Positions 1 through 11,737 are shown, counted from the stretch's first letter. The stretch: DNA of 64,000 nt from Candidatus Poribacteria bacterium (GCA_965222225.1 CBDCTK010000002.1:2752001-2816000); one strand, 5' to 3'. Program-made: numbers and translations. Notes: generated from the sequence alone by a model not told the origin.

Positions 1-2
1 GG

Positions 3-495
3 GTTTATGTTCCCGGGCAGATGGCGATTGATGGCTCCTGGCTTTTGGCTCCGTGGCCGCACGTGCTATTCTGGCCCGGAACGAGCGCTTGGGTGGCGCA
101 GGCTTTCTGGTGGCACTACCTTTTCAGCGCTGATGAGGATTTCCTCAAGGAAAAAGCCTACCCCTTCATGCGGGAATGTATGCTGTTCTACGAAGGGTTC
201 TTGAAAAAGGAAGATGATGGGAAGTATCATGTCCATCCCACGCAATCGCCGGAAGCCGGCGGCTGGGGACGAGATGATACGCTGACGCTCTCTCTTCTTC
301 GCTACCTCATCAAGGGACTGTTAGAAGCTGTGGAAATTCTTGAGTTGGACGAACCGCATCAAGAAATCTGGTCAGAGATTCTTGAGAACCTTCCGGAATA
401 CCATAAGGATGAGACAGGTTTTCATCTGAAAGAAGCTACCGCATACACGCAATGCCATCGCCACCTTTCGCATCTCGCGCCCATCTACCCCGAAG
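3..495 (+). pseudogene. GH95-like (alpha-L-fucosidase-like) glycoside hydrolase fragment; starts before the window and is truncated at ~495
   Basis: Motifs AWVAQAFWWHYLFS, FLKEKAYPFMRE and HRHLSHLAPIYP. After ...IYPEG the similarity stops and an unrelated gene continues in another frame. Confidence 0.7.
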
Positions 496-811
496 GAATC
501 AGCTCAATCTGTCCAACCACAAAGCAAAAGATTATTCCCCAGCGTGGGCAGTGGATAATACAACAATTGCTTTTGTTTCCGAGCGAGATGGTAACAAAGA
601 GATATATATCGTAGATGCCGAGGCGAAACTCCAGCCCCGTAACCTAACCAATCATCCGAGCGATGACGCAAGTCCTGCCTGGGTCCCGGTGTCGTCTCTG
701 TCGGTATCTCCCACAGACAAGCGACCCCTCATGTGGGGTGAACTGAAAAAGTCAAAACTAGAGGGAACGACCGCCCCAGAGACCGATGAACCCAATGCAC
801 GCGAGGATTGA
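496..811 (+). pseudogene. C-terminal fragment of a TolB-like (PD40 repeat) beta-propeller protein
   Basis: DYSPAW...IAFVSERDGNKEIYIVD and RNLTNHPSDDASPAW repeats; no own start or N-terminus. Confidence 0.75.
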
Positions 812-998
812 CGCCTGCAAAATATGACACATCAGAATTTATAAACACAGATTAGGAACGCGAGCAATTGGCATCACATCGAAATCTCGCCCGAAGAGGG
901 CGGAAACAGCGCATTATCCGCTGAGCTGTGTACTTTGCAGGCGATCGACCTGCCAGCATTCCTCTTATCCGTCATAAACCGTCAGGCTTGCCAGCGCG

Positions 999-2937
999 AT
1001 GACAACTCCCATCTCACGACAAAGTGTCACCCTCCGCGCGGTACTGATTGCGCTGATTCTCACCGTCCCGAACGCCTATTGGCTGATGATTAATTGGGGA
1101 CCGGGGGGCTATGACACGGGCCAGAGTTTTCCCACCGTCGTCTCGCTGTACTTCAACGTTATTTTCATTATACTGTTGTTAATTGGCTGGAACTACCTCG
1201 CTCGGCTCTTCGCCCCACAGGGACAGATCGGAGACGGTGAGTTGATGGTCATCTATCTGCTTCTGGCAGTGGCATCATCCTTGGCAGGGCATGACATGCT
1301 CCAGATTTTCTGGCCCCTCATGACGCAGTCAATCTGGTACGCCACCCCCGAGAACGAGTGGGTGAAGTTATTCCATCACCACACCCCCGACTGGCTGACG
1401 ATTAAGGACCGAGATGCGCTCGCTTCGTTCTATCACGGCGAATCGAGCCTTTACATCTGGAGTAACCTGCGACTCTGGCTGAGGCCTGTGCTCTGGTGGT
1501 CCGCGCTGCTTATTGTCCTGACGGGGATGATGCTCTGTCTCACGGTGCTCATCCGTCGCCAATGGATTCGCCATGAGCGATTGACATACCCAATCATCCA
1601 GATTCCGCTCCTACTTACTGAACGGAGTGGCGGGGGGTTATTTTCAAACAGGCTGTTTTGGATCGGGTTCATCGTCGCAGGGATGATAAACCTGGTCAAT
1701 GGTATCCATTTTCTATTCCCGGTTGTGCCCAGTGTTGGCGGGATTGGCCACAATCCGTTTGAAATGGGCTATGACCTCGGACAGTTTTTTACCGAAAAGC
1801 CACTCAGCGCAATCGGTTATACTCCTGTCGCTTTTTATCCCTTCGCTATAGGGTTGAGTTTTTTTATTCCCCTCAGTCTTTCATTTTCACTCTGGTTCTT
1901 CTATCTGTTCCACAAAGTGGTTCAGGTCTGGCAAACCACATTAGGACTTGAACGGCTGGTGTCGAGTTTTGGACCTCAAGCGCAACTGTTTGGCGCATGG
2001 TTTGGCATTGGTATTGCTGCGCTGTGGGCAACCCGCCGATTTCTGGTACAGCAGTTCAAGCTTGTCTTTCGGGATAATGACGAAGACGATCAAGAAGTTC
2101 GTATGGTGAGACACGCTCTGGTGGGCTTGACACTGGGTGGGGTGTTTGTTTTGTTCTTCTGTATCAGCGCCGGGGTATCCGCGTTCCTCGTGCTGGCGTA
2201 TCTCGTCCTGTTTCTTGTGCTTGCGCTTGCCATTACGCGGGTGCGCGCCGAAGTTGGACCACCGACGCATGATGCACTCTGGAATCCCGGCAACGTCTTG
2301 GTCATCTTTCTGGGCACCCGCCGTTTGGCTCGAATGCTCTATCGCTGTTCATAATGTTTCGGGGCTTCAACCGATCATACCGCTGTCACCCAATGCCGGT
2401 CATGCTTGAAGGTTTCAAAGCCGCCGAATTGCGTTATATGTCTCTACGCCGGCTTGTGCTTGCTATCATGCTGGTAACAGTCGTCGGTATCATCTCATCT
2501 GCGTGGGCTTTTTATTCACAAGGTTATCGCTACGGTGCCGGAGCCTACGGCGAGCACTGGGGCATCGGTGCCTTTAATCAGTTGCGCGCATGGTTGGTAA
2601 CGCCTCAGTCGCCGTCCTCGGTAGAAATTACGATAGCAGTCTCGTCGCTCACCTTTACAGGGCTGCTGGCGGGATTTCACAGGCGTTTTATCTGGTGGCC
2701 CTTCACCCCGCAGCATACGCCATCGGGATTGGGTACCCAACCATGCATTGGTACTGGTTCTCAATCTTCATGAGTTGGTTGGCCAAGTTAATTCTGTTTC
2801 ACCTTGGCGGGGTGCGCGCCTATCGGAAAGCAGTGCCGCTTTTCGCCGGACTTGTCATTGGTGAATTCGTTGGCGGCGCGCTCTGGGCTTTGATTGGCAT
2901 TGGTCTGGAAAACCCGATGTACCGCTTTATGTTTTAG
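999..2937 (+). pseudogene. Polytopic membrane protein (DUF6785/DUF6784-like, OPT-like putative transporter) split by two frameshifts
   Basis: Three overlapping hydrophobic ORFs (999-2354, 2354-2773, 2590-2937) read as one protein (RRQWIRHERLTYPI, TRVRAEVG, F.WWP/HP.AY, P.F.GL..GEF); shifts near 2330 and 2705. Confidence 0.7.
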
Positions 2938-3113
2938 GCGTGAGATGATGAAGCATGTAGTTGTGAGTCTCCCAGGTTCGCCACAGCGCGGCTTGACCCC
3001 ACCAGTCTACCACATATGATACGGAATTTTGGGTAAAATCCCAGCATTCAATCGCCAAACTGATGAAATAAAATCGCGTCAAGCATCGTAGTCACGAAAA
3101 GGAGGGCAAATTA

Positions 3114-4400
3114 GTGAAGTTTACCGAAGACATATTACAGCGAAATGATCTGGTTTACAAAGTCTTTCCACCCCGCTGGGTGTTCGGACTGCCCATCGGC
3201 AACGGTTAGGTCGGTGGAATGATTTGGGTGGAAGACGAAGCCAAGGGGTTGTTGTCACGCTTGGCAGCGTGTGGGCGTGGGACCACCGTCATGGCCCTGT
3301 AGGTGCTACCTATGCCCGGTTTCGAGAACTCATGGCAGCGGGAAAAGAGGAGGAGTTACGCCAAAATCCCAACCGTGGCGATATTCTGCCGAGGAAGACG
3401 TACGTGGGTCGCCTCGTGATCGACGTGGGTCAAGAGATATCGGGGAAAGCCCGACTGCGTCTGCGAGATGCCGTGGTCGAACTTGAGGTTCGCACCGGCG
3501 ATGGCGAAGCAATCCATCTGGAGCTCGTTGCCTATGCAAATCTCCCCGCCATCGCCGTAGATCACCCTCAAACCTGCATCAAAGAGATTTGGCTCGAACG
3601 ACTCGGTACCGAAACTGTTGGCTTGCACGACGCTCCTGAACACATATATGGCAGGTCGGAATCGGTTGAGTGGATTCGCCAAGACATCCCAGAGAACTCC
3701 TCAATTGTAATTGGGCTGCGCCGTGGAGAGACACAATCCTTCACAACAGTCCAAGTTACGCGGAACGGGATTGATCCGGCCGAAGAAGCCGTAAACGTAC
3801 TTGAGAGGGCATCGGCAGCTCCCGACGAGCACCTCGAAAATCATCGCGCCTAGTGGGGACGCTTTTGGGACAAATCCGGCGTTCAGGTGCCGGAACGAGA
3901 AGATTGAATCGCTCTGGTATATGGGGCTATATATGCTCGCTTCCTCAAGCCGCGAAAACGGATGCGCGGCAAGCCTGCATGGGCTCTGGTCACCCGATAG
4001 TTGCATCCCCCCGCGCACGGTTTCTATATCTGGGACTTCTACTCACAGCATTGGGGACTTTACACAGCAAACCATCTGGAGCTTGGCGAGGTGTTCTGTG
4101 ACCATTTTCTATCAATTCTACCGCGTCTCAAAGAACAGACCCGGCAGTTCTACGGATGGGATGGCGTTTTTGTCCCCGGCGTCATGAGCGTTGACGGATC
4201 GTGGATTCGCGTCGGGCACAACGAGTTGCTGCTCTGGCCAGGAGCTACCGCATGGGTAGCGCAAGCTTTTTGGTGGCAATATCTCTAGTCATGACACCCA
4301 TTTCCTTAGGGAGAAGGCATATCCATTTATGCGCGAGTGTATGCTGTTCTATGAACGGTTGCTCAAAAAGGGGGAAGACGGCAAGTATCATCTCTACACC
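3114..4400 (+). pseudogene. Degraded GH95-like glycoside hydrolase, paralog of the fragment at 3-495
   Basis: GGAGG RBS plus GTG at 3114; GLPIGNG*VGGMIW (TAG 3207); HRA*WGRFW (TAG 3851); several frameshifts; ends with AWVAQAFWWQYL...FLREKAYPFMRECMLFYE. Confidence 0.8.
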
Positions 4401-4625
4401 CGCGGGGCGCCACGAAATTTGTGTGATGCTTAAGACATCTGTTGCACCTCTGGTGCTTGTGTTTATCTGGTTGCGTGTCCTCTATACACCTTCCGCCTCT
4501 CCGGGGCTTTTACTGTATCGTGCATTTTGTCGCGTGTGATCGGCCATCGTGAAATCATCAATTTCCACTCGTATCTTCAAGGTGTATAGAACTACCAACC
4601 CGCCTTACCCCAAAGCACCTTGCGC

Positions 4626-5432
4626 CTAACCCAAATCCTGCAAATGACTTACGGCTCCCGTATTCCCGAACCCCAAATCAATCGCTCCCTGGAGCATCTT
4701 CCGACGCCGCGGACCTGCCGTAGAAATTAGGCGATCGCTGTAAAACCGCCCCCACCCTCTTGTTTCACCGGCAAGGAAGCCAACGAGCCAATCAAGATGC
4801 TCTTGGTTCTTCTCGGCGCTCGTGTTCTGCACACAGTTGATGTGGATGGCGCGCCGCCCCGGCGTATCACTCAGCGACGAGTGAAATGTCTTGTGATTCA
4901 TAAAGATTATATCGCCCGGCTCGTTGATGAGAGGATACCGACCCGGAATGTCCTCCGGCTTAACGCCAATTTCGTTCATGTGCCGTGCCAGGGATTCCCG
5001 ATACTCTTTGAAGTGGCTACCCGGAATCACGTTAAGGCACCCGTCGTCGGGATCGAGTGGATCCAAATACATCGCCGCTCTCATACTGAAGAATCCCTCC
5101 GGACCGCAGGCATCATGATGCCATCCGCTGCCCCCGGTATGCAGAATTCCCTCGCTAACCGTCAGGATGAAGTCCTCACCCATCAAGGTTGAAAAAACAT
5201 CCATAGTTCGTTCGTCATCCAGAAAGGGGTAGAACGTTTCAGGATCATAGTCGAAGAACGGAACGACCTGTTGTCTCGGCTCACCGCTTACCGGTGCCTG
5301 AGCGCCTTTACGCGCCCGCTCCATCGCGCTATCGAAAGCCGAGGAAAGTTTATCAACCTCCTCCGGCGAAAAGAACTTCCTATAATGGACAAATCCCAAC
5401 GTTTCGAAATGACGAATCTCTTCCTGAGTCAT
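4626..5432 (-). CDS. Phytanoyl-CoA dioxygenase (PhyH) family protein
   Basis: F...GF N-terminus, WHHD (HxD), GCLNVIPGSH, PGDIIF...H motifs. Confidence 0.9.
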   Translation of the reverse strand: MTQEEIRHFETLGFVHYRKFFSPEEVDKLSSAFDSAMERARKGAQAPVSGEPRQQVVPFFDYDPETFYPFLDDERTMDVFSTLMGEDFILTVSEGILHTGGSGWHHDACGPEGFFSMRAAMYLDPLDPDDGCLNVIPGSHFKEYRESLARHMNEIGVKPEDIPGRYPLINEPGDIIFMNHKTFHSSLSDTPGRRAIHINCVQNTSAEKNQEHLDWLVGFLAGETRGWGRFYSDRLISTAGPRRRKMLQGAIDLGFGNTGAVSHLQDLG

Positions 5433-5460
5433 AAATCTCTGCTCCTTTCTACGAGTTGAT

Positions 5461-6612
5461 TCAGCGTCGCCGGCTGTATCGGCTATCCCACATTCTTCCT
5501 TCCAGCGACCACGGTGACGATTGATGAAGTTTTGAAAACAAAGCTTTTGCCTCTACTGATTCCTTCAGTGGCAGCTTGACGGTTGCTCCACGCATCACGG
5601 AAAGATATGCCGCATTGACGATTTCAACAACCGCCCTTCCATCTGCGCTATTAGGCTGCGGCTCCTCATCGTTCACAATACATTCGCAAAAGTGTTCCAG
5701 CGCGCGGAGATATTGCCAATCTTCGCGGATTCTTTGGCTAGGATGCCACGGAGCATCAAGGGTGAGATCTGTCGCTGTGCGACTGTTCTCGTATAGTGTC
5801 ATCAATGCCGGCTCCAGCGTGGACGTGCTGTGAGACAACCAACGCATTACGAGGGTGCCGTGCGTGCCGAAAATCTCGTAACTTTCTTCACCCACGGCAT
5901 GCGTCAGTCCAGTAACCTGCAACGTGCTCATCGCGCCGCTTTCATGTCTCAGCACCACACAACCCACATCCTCGGTCGGATGATGCTCCGGTGCAGCAAT
6001 CATCGCGTGTGCGGTCACCTCGGACACGTCGCCCAACCACCAGCGGCACACATCAAACGGGTGTGAACCGTCCTCCTGAATCATGCCCCCGCCGGATTCG
6101 ACCGTCATCCGGAATGCCTCGCCGCTAGGTCCTCTGACCTTGACATTGTCCCACCGCGCTCTCACCTCAAAAACCTCCCCTAGCCGCCCCTCCTCTATCA
6201 ACTCCTTTACTCGCTGAAACGACCAGTTGAACCTTTTCATGAAGACGGTCATCAGCTTTACACCGCCTGCCTCGCAAGCGCCAATCATTTCGTCCGCACC
6301 CTCTAGCGTAGGCGCCATCGGTTTCTCGCAGAAGATGTGTTTTCCCGCCTTCGCTGCCGCGACGACCGGCGCCAGGTGATGCTGCGGCGGCGTGAGTACC
6401 ATCACCCCATCTACGTTCCCATCATTTAAGATTCCATCCAAATTCGTGTAGACGCGCTTGACCCCGTGACGTTCCTGTAGGACTTTCACTCGCTCTGCGT
6501 TTAGGTCCATGACCGCGGCGAGTTCACCCTTCTCCATGTATTCAAATGCCGGACCATACAGGATGTCGGACGCCAAACCGCAACCAATAACGCCTAGCTT
6601 TACTTTTCCCAT
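5461..6612 (-). CDS. Gfo/Idh/MocA family oxidoreductase
   Basis: GVIGCG, AGKHIFCEKP, GGG...DGSHPFD. Confidence 0.93.
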   Translation of the reverse strand: MGKVKLGVIGCGLASDILYGPAFEYMEKGELAAVMDLNAERVKVLQERHGVKRVYTNLDGILNDGNVDGVMVLTPPQHHLAPVVAAAKAGKHIFCEKPMAPTLEGADEMIGACEAGGVKLMTVFMKRFNWSFQRVKELIEEGRLGEVFEVRARWDNVKVRGPSGEAFRMTVESGGGMIQEDGSHPFDVCRWWLGDVSEVTAHAMIAAPEHHPTEDVGCVVLRHESGAMSTLQVTGLTHAVGEESYEIFGTHGTLVMRWLSHSTSTLEPALMTLYENSRTATDLTLDAPWHPSQRIREDWQYLRALEHFCECIVNDEEPQPNSADGRAVVEIVNAAYLSVMRGATVKLPLKESVEAKALFSKLHQSSPWSLEGRMWDSRYSRRR

Positions 6613-6672
6613 TCGATTATCCTTGATTCGATTATCCTTGATTTCCCAATCTTGAGTAGTCGGCGACTTCGC

Positions 6673-7617
6673 TTAGCGCGGAGCGCATTTTTCAACGTAT
6701 GCCTTTAGTCCCTGTTCTAATGTATATTCAGGTCGGTACCCCAATTCCTCGTATGCTGCGGAGCAGTCCATTTTAAGGGCTTCCGCGGTTTTCATCGTCG
6801 ACGGCATCGGCACATCGCCGAATTCGATATCCGCAGCCGGCAGCAGAGCCTTCAAAATCGCCGCCATATCTCCCAAGGTGTACGGTTCCTCTCCGCAGAC
6901 GTTAAACACCCGTCTCTCCGTTTTTGGAGCAGTCAAGGCAAGCGTCATTGCTCTTACGTTGTCGTCGGCATAAACCCAATGAAAGCCAGTTGACTCATGG
7001 AAGGGAATGACAACCGAATTTCCAAGGGCGACCTTTTCGACGACATCAAGAACCACTGCCGACGCATACTCCCGCTCCAGTTCACCCGCCATCAGACGCC
7101 CCCTAGCCCCATAGTTCATCCCGAAACGCAGACCGATGGTATCGAGGCCAAATTCGTTATGGAAGTGATTTCCCATCACCTCATTGAGGCGCTTGAGGTG
7201 GCCATAAAGCGTCGTGGGACTGCACGGTGCGTCCTCCTTTGGACCGAGTGGGTTGACCGCGTCGGTAGTTGCATATACAACACGCTCGAGGCCCATAATC
7301 CGAGCGACTTCAAAGATGTTGTTCGTGCCTTCCCCGTTAATCTGAATAGCCAATGTCGGATCTTTGCGAATCGCGGCTTCGGGCAGATACGCTGCGAGGT
7401 GCATAATGTGGCTGACTGCGTGGGTCTCAATCGTCTCAAACAATTTCACAGTGTCGCGGATGTCCCCACGGACAACTTTTATCTTATCTTGGATCTCCAC
7501 GACTCTCGCGGGCGTCGGATTCAAATCGTAGGCGACTACCTCGTTCCCCCTCGCAACCAGACCCTTAGCCAAATTTGAACCGATGAAACCTGTTCCTCCA
7601 GTAATTATGACCTTCAT
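6673..7617 (-). CDS. NAD-dependent epimerase/dehydratase (extended SDR)
   Basis: ITGGTGFIG, HLAA, YGHLK (YxxxK); ATG at 7617 has the better RBS spacing. Confidence 0.92.
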   Translation of the reverse strand: MKVIITGGTGFIGSNLAKGLVARGNEVVAYDLNPTPARVVEIQDKIKVVRGDIRDTVKLFETIETHAVSHIMHLAAYLPEAAIRKDPTLAIQINGEGTNNIFEVARIMGLERVVYATTDAVNPLGPKEDAPCSPTTLYGHLKRLNEVMGNHFHNEFGLDTIGLRFGMNYGARGRLMAGELEREYASAVVLDVVEKVALGNSVVIPFHESTGFHWVYADDNVRAMTLALTAPKTERRVFNVCGEEPYTLGDMAAILKALLPAADIEFGDVPMPSTMKTAEALKMDCSAAYEELGYRPEYTLEQGLKAYVEKCAPR

Positions 7618-8401
7618 AATTGACACCCTTTTCGTTATCTTTCAGACTACACCGAACTCGTGGCGCCGCATCTCGACTTGCACAAGCACGATTTTATGAC
7701 AATTTCAGACTGCTGTCAAGCAATCAGTGTTGGAAGATTGGGAAAGCACTTCCTGATTCTTGAGGATCTTCAATCGTCAAATCATTGATTTACCCACTTT
7801 TCTATCTCCACTCATGTAAAATGCTTTAGGACTTACCCGCCTCAGACTGTAGGGATCAAGGGAACGATCAACTGAGTAGATAGCGAAGGAGCAACTGACC
7901 GATCAACCGAGTGGACAGCGAGGGCGATAGAGATCTTCTAGAGAAGGCGGTAGAGATCCCATAGTAAATCCCACAGTGACTACGATATAGGTTCCTAGGC
8001 AGATCTGTGCGTTCCCTACTCTCTACTAACCATTGCTCTTACCAATTTCCATTGACAATCATCAGATCGCCAATTTCCCTTCTTATCTTCATAATGTATG
8101 ACAAGGCCGTAACCCCGAACACTTGTAGGAGCGATCTCCCGATCGCGACTTCCTGTCGCAAGTACAGAAAAGGGGAAATCGACAATTTGATAGTCGAAAA
8201 TCGCACCTAAAGAAGACGCGGAATGAATTACATTACTACAAACCAAACTGCGTGAGCTCTATATGTATAATTCTTGGTTGCAATAACTATAGATGTGCTT
8301 GCCGTGCCTTCGGTCATTATAGATTTTGACAATCCTAACGGAAACTGATATAATCCACAATCGTCTTCACTAAATTCTTGGCGGCCAAGGCACAGGAACA
8401 A

Positions 8402-10150
8402 ATGCACGAATCCAAACAAAACAAACGAAAACCCGATTCCTCAATCTCTCGTCGGCGTTTCCTGATGATGACGGGGACTAGCGTTATTGCCCTCGTTGTC
8501 CCGCCGGCGAGCGATGGAGAACGAATGGGGACAACCATTATGCCCACCGAACCCGAAACTCGCATCCCCGACACGTTGGATTTGGTAGAACGCGCCGACT
8601 TCGTGATTAACGCCATCACGCGATGCACCAACCCGGAAGCGGAACACGCCGTTTACTTCTACACAAACCTTAATCGCAATCCACCAGTGATGGTCCGCCA
8701 AATCCCGCTGTACGGAAAGTTCATCGAAGGCCTCTCTCTAGCGCGGCTGATGACCGGCAGCACTTTCAATGAACATGTGGATTGCATCTGGCAGGAGGCG
8801 CTGTTACGGAAATTAGACGAAGAGAAACCCGTGCTCTTGGGACCCGAGGGTGGTAGACAGACGGCGTGGCTGGGAATTCAGTATGCAATCTCCAAAAATT
8901 CCAAGTGGAAAGAGCTGGGCGAGAGCGCTATTCGACGCGCACTCGACGCCGCGGTACATAAAGACGACTACTGCTACTTCCCCCACGACCCGGCAACCAT
9001 GCCGACCGGGTGGGCGGCAACCCTTCAGGGATGGACACTCCAAGGTGTGACGCAATTTTACAACGCCACAGGTTCCGAATTTGCCCTGGAGCTCGCAGGA
9101 AAACTCGCGCGTTACCTGAAAGATTACGCCCAAGTCTTCGACGCCGAAGGCAAGTTTCTCTCGCGTCACGACGTATCGATTCCGCTGAGTCCCGAGTCTC
9201 CCCTAGGGCCGGCGCTCCATTTTCATCACAACGGCAACGCTATGGACGCCCTGGCGGAGTATGCCTTGGCAACCGGCGACGCCGAATTCACCGAGTTCGT
9301 AAAGAAGAGTTATCGCTACGCCCGCTCGCTCAAGGATTCCTCTCCGCTCGTCGGCTTTTTCCCCGAATACATCGAGGACTGGCCCGATGAGCGTGGAGTC
9401 GTTGATAGCGAGGGCTGTTGTGTCGTTGATATGCTACTGACCGCGCTCTGGTTGACCAAGGCGGGTGTGGGCGATTATTGGGATGATATTGACCGCTACC
9501 TAAGAAACCAATTCGCGGAGATGCAGATGACCTCCGGTGACTGGATAACGCACATGGCAGAGAAACGACCGCCTCAACCCATTGGAGAGGACGAAGTTGC
9601 GGTCGGAGCCCCGGACCGATGTGTAGGCAGTTTCGCGGGATGGTCGTCCGCCAACGATTTCTACGTCGGTGCGGGAAACGGAATCATGCACTGTTGTACC
9701 GGCAACGGCGCGCGCGCGCTGTATTACCTCTGGGATAACATGATTGATTTCAGAAAGGGCGAGCTTCACCTGCACCTGCTCGTCAATCGTGTCTCACCTT
9801 GGGCGGAAGTCGCAAGTTATATTCCGCATCAGGGGCGTGTTGACTTCAAATTAAAACAGGAGTGTACCCGCGTCATCCTGCGTGTCCCCGAATGGATTGA
9901 AACTCGGAATTCGGCGATATCCTGCAAACTCAACGGCGCTCCGCACAATTTAGGTTGGGACGGACGTTATGTCGCTGTGGAAGGCGCATCGCCGGGCGAT
10001 ACAATCCAACTGAACTTTCCCATCCCCGAGCGAACAGTTGAGGAAACAATCGGTGAGGTAGACTACACGCTCAGGTTGAGAGGCAATAACGTGGTTTCAA
10101 TCTCGCCACCGGGAAAAAATTACCCCTTCTATCAGGCAGGTAGCGAATGA
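8402..10150 (+). CDS. Tat-exported six-hairpin glycosidase, GH127/GH146-like
   Basis: Twin-arginine SRRRFL followed by a hydrophobic stretch; SEGCC and MHCCTGNG motifs; LRVPEW in the C-terminal domain. Confidence 0.65.
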   Translation: MHESKQNKRKPDSSISRRRFLMMTGTSVIALVVPPASDGERMGTTIMPTEPETRIPDTLDLVERADFVINAITRCTNPEAEHAVYFYTNLNRNPPVMVRQIPLYGKFIEGLSLARLMTGSTFNEHVDCIWQEALLRKLDEEKPVLLGPEGGRQTAWLGIQYAISKNSKWKELGESAIRRALDAAVHKDDYCYFPHDPATMPTGWAATLQGWTLQGVTQFYNATGSEFALELAGKLARYLKDYAQVFDAEGKFLSRHDVSIPLSPESPLGPALHFHHNGNAMDALAEYALATGDAEFTEFVKKSYRYARSLKDSSPLVGFFPEYIEDWPDERGVVDSEGCCVVDMLLTALWLTKAGVGDYWDDIDRYLRNQFAEMQMTSGDWITHMAEKRPPQPIGEDEVAVGAPDRCVGSFAGWSSANDFYVGAGNGIMHCCTGNGARALYYLWDNMIDFRKGELHLHLLVNRVSPWAEVASYIPHQGRVDFKLKQECTRVILRVPEWIETRNSAISCKLNGAPHNLGWDGRYVAVEGASPGDTIQLNFPIPERTVEETIGEVDYTLRLRGNNVVSISPPGKNYPFYQAGSE

Positions 10151-11568
10151 TTACGAACGATACCACTGGGGGAGAGCGTTTTATCTATCGCTGTCTGCTG
10201 AAGATCTTATGTTGCTTCTTAACGGTTGGATTCCCCATGGCACCCGACCCAAAAGCCGATGACAAAACTGATATGATTCAACTTGTGGATTCCGATCTCA
10301 ACGACAAAGGTCACAATTCTCCCTTTCAGAGACCAATGGAGGTTAAGGTGTCTAGCGAATTGGCGGACAATCGCATCGGAGGCGACTACGGGAGCGATCA
10401 TCCGGGCTCCGAAGAGGGAATCTATCGACTGGGGCTAAAATGGTTGCGGATCGGATTTTGGGACAGCTCTCTTAATTGGCAGGAGGTGGAGTCCCGTCCG
10501 GGCGAATATAGCATTCCACCCGAACGAGATGCTTTCGTCCGCGACATGGTGGAAAATGGCGTCACTCTTGTGCTTTGCCTTAGTGTCGGATCAGGCAAAA
10601 ACCGACTGGATAGCACAAAATTCAAATCGGACGATGATATTAACCGCTACGCCAATTACGTGCGCTTCATGGTGCGGCATTTCAAGTCGTTCATCAGATA
10701 CTATGAAATCTGGAATGAGCCGGATACCGATACGCCTTGGGGAGGCATCGCCGTTGAAGACTTTGCCCGACTCATCAAGCACGTCATCCCTGTTATCCGA
10801 GAGGAGTATCCCGAAGCCAAAATCGTTGCAGGCGCCACCGGCGGTTATTGGGTATCCGGATTCCCCGGATACGGGAAGTTTTCACGTTACACCCTGGATC
10901 TTGATTACCTGAAAACGCTTCTAAAATCCGGGATAGCGCCGCTGATAGATGTGATTTCGTGGCACCCCTTCTACGGTCATACTCCCGACGATCCGTACTA
11001 CCAAAATTATCCGCAAATGGTGGAAGAACTCAAAGCGTTGGGGGCAGCCGAAGGCTTTAACGGAAAATACTTGGTAGAGGAGATGCTATGGAGAACCGAA
11101 CGGGCGGATGAACCTCAACAGTCAGTATCAGCGATTGTCTCGGCAAAATACCTTGCCAGAGCCATCCTGACACATCTCGGGTTGGACGTTACTGCCAGCG
11201 TCTCCGGCATGTTTCCCGGTGAATGTCCCCACTTCGTGCGGCGATTATGCACCGTTATGGCTGGCGCCGCGCCAATCAGCCTTCCTCTCGAGATCGAGAG
11301 CGCCGCCGCCAATATAAGGCACTACGGATTCTCTCTACCTAACGGCGATAGACTCCTCGCGCTTTGGACCAACGGCGTCGCCGTTGACGAAGATCTCGGC
11401 GTGCAAGCTGACCTACTGCTTCGGGGGCTTTCAGCTCAAAACGTGGTAGGCGTGGACATCCGAAATGGGGTGGAACATGAGATCCTGACAAGCGCGCAAA
11501 ACGGGAATCTAACGATTCGGGGCCTTCTCGTTAAAGATTATCCCATCATCCTTCGCCTGCTTCAATAA
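10147..11568 (+). CDS. Clan GH-A TIM-barrel glycoside hydrolase (GH39/GH5-like)
   Basis: YYEIWNEPD acid/base motif, DVISWHP, LVEE candidate nucleophile; ATGA overlap with the upstream gene. Confidence 0.8.
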   Translation: MITNDTTGGERFIYRCLLKILCCFLTVGFPMAPDPKADDKTDMIQLVDSDLNDKGHNSPFQRPMEVKVSSELADNRIGGDYGSDHPGSEEGIYRLGLKWLRIGFWDSSLNWQEVESRPGEYSIPPERDAFVRDMVENGVTLVLCLSVGSGKNRLDSTKFKSDDDINRYANYVRFMVRHFKSFIRYYEIWNEPDTDTPWGGIAVEDFARLIKHVIPVIREEYPEAKIVAGATGGYWVSGFPGYGKFSRYTLDLDYLKTLLKSGIAPLIDVISWHPFYGHTPDDPYYQNYPQMVEELKALGAAEGFNGKYLVEEMLWRTERADEPQQSVSAIVSAKYLARAILTHLGLDVTASVSGMFPGECPHFVRRLCTVMAGAAPISLPLEIESAAANIRHYGFSLPNGDRLLALWTNGVAVDEDLGVQADLLLRGLSAQNVVGVDIRNGVEHEILTSAQNGNLTIRGLLVKDYPIILRLLQ

Positions 11569-11591
11569 TGTCAATCTCCTAGCAAAACAGC

Positions 11592-11622
11592 GAAACCGAG
11601 TTTTTCTTCACAACTCGGTTTC
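11592..11622. terminator. Hairpin (REP-like or terminator) between convergent genes
   Basis: GAAACCGAGTT-N-AACTCGGTTTC inverted repeat. Confidence 0.5.
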
Positions 11623-11737
11623 TCAACTCCCCGGTAAATGGAAGCCACTCAATCCAGACCGTCCGCGTTTCCGATCTTACGGAATCGACAACCAGCCACT
11701 GCGTGCCCTCATACAGTTCAGTCCCTCTACGCTAGTC

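Noticed and set aside
2320-2720. Programmed frameshifting in the three-part membrane protein gene
   Set aside because: No slippery heptamer or long homopolymer at the shift points; decay or sequencing error is the simpler explanation.
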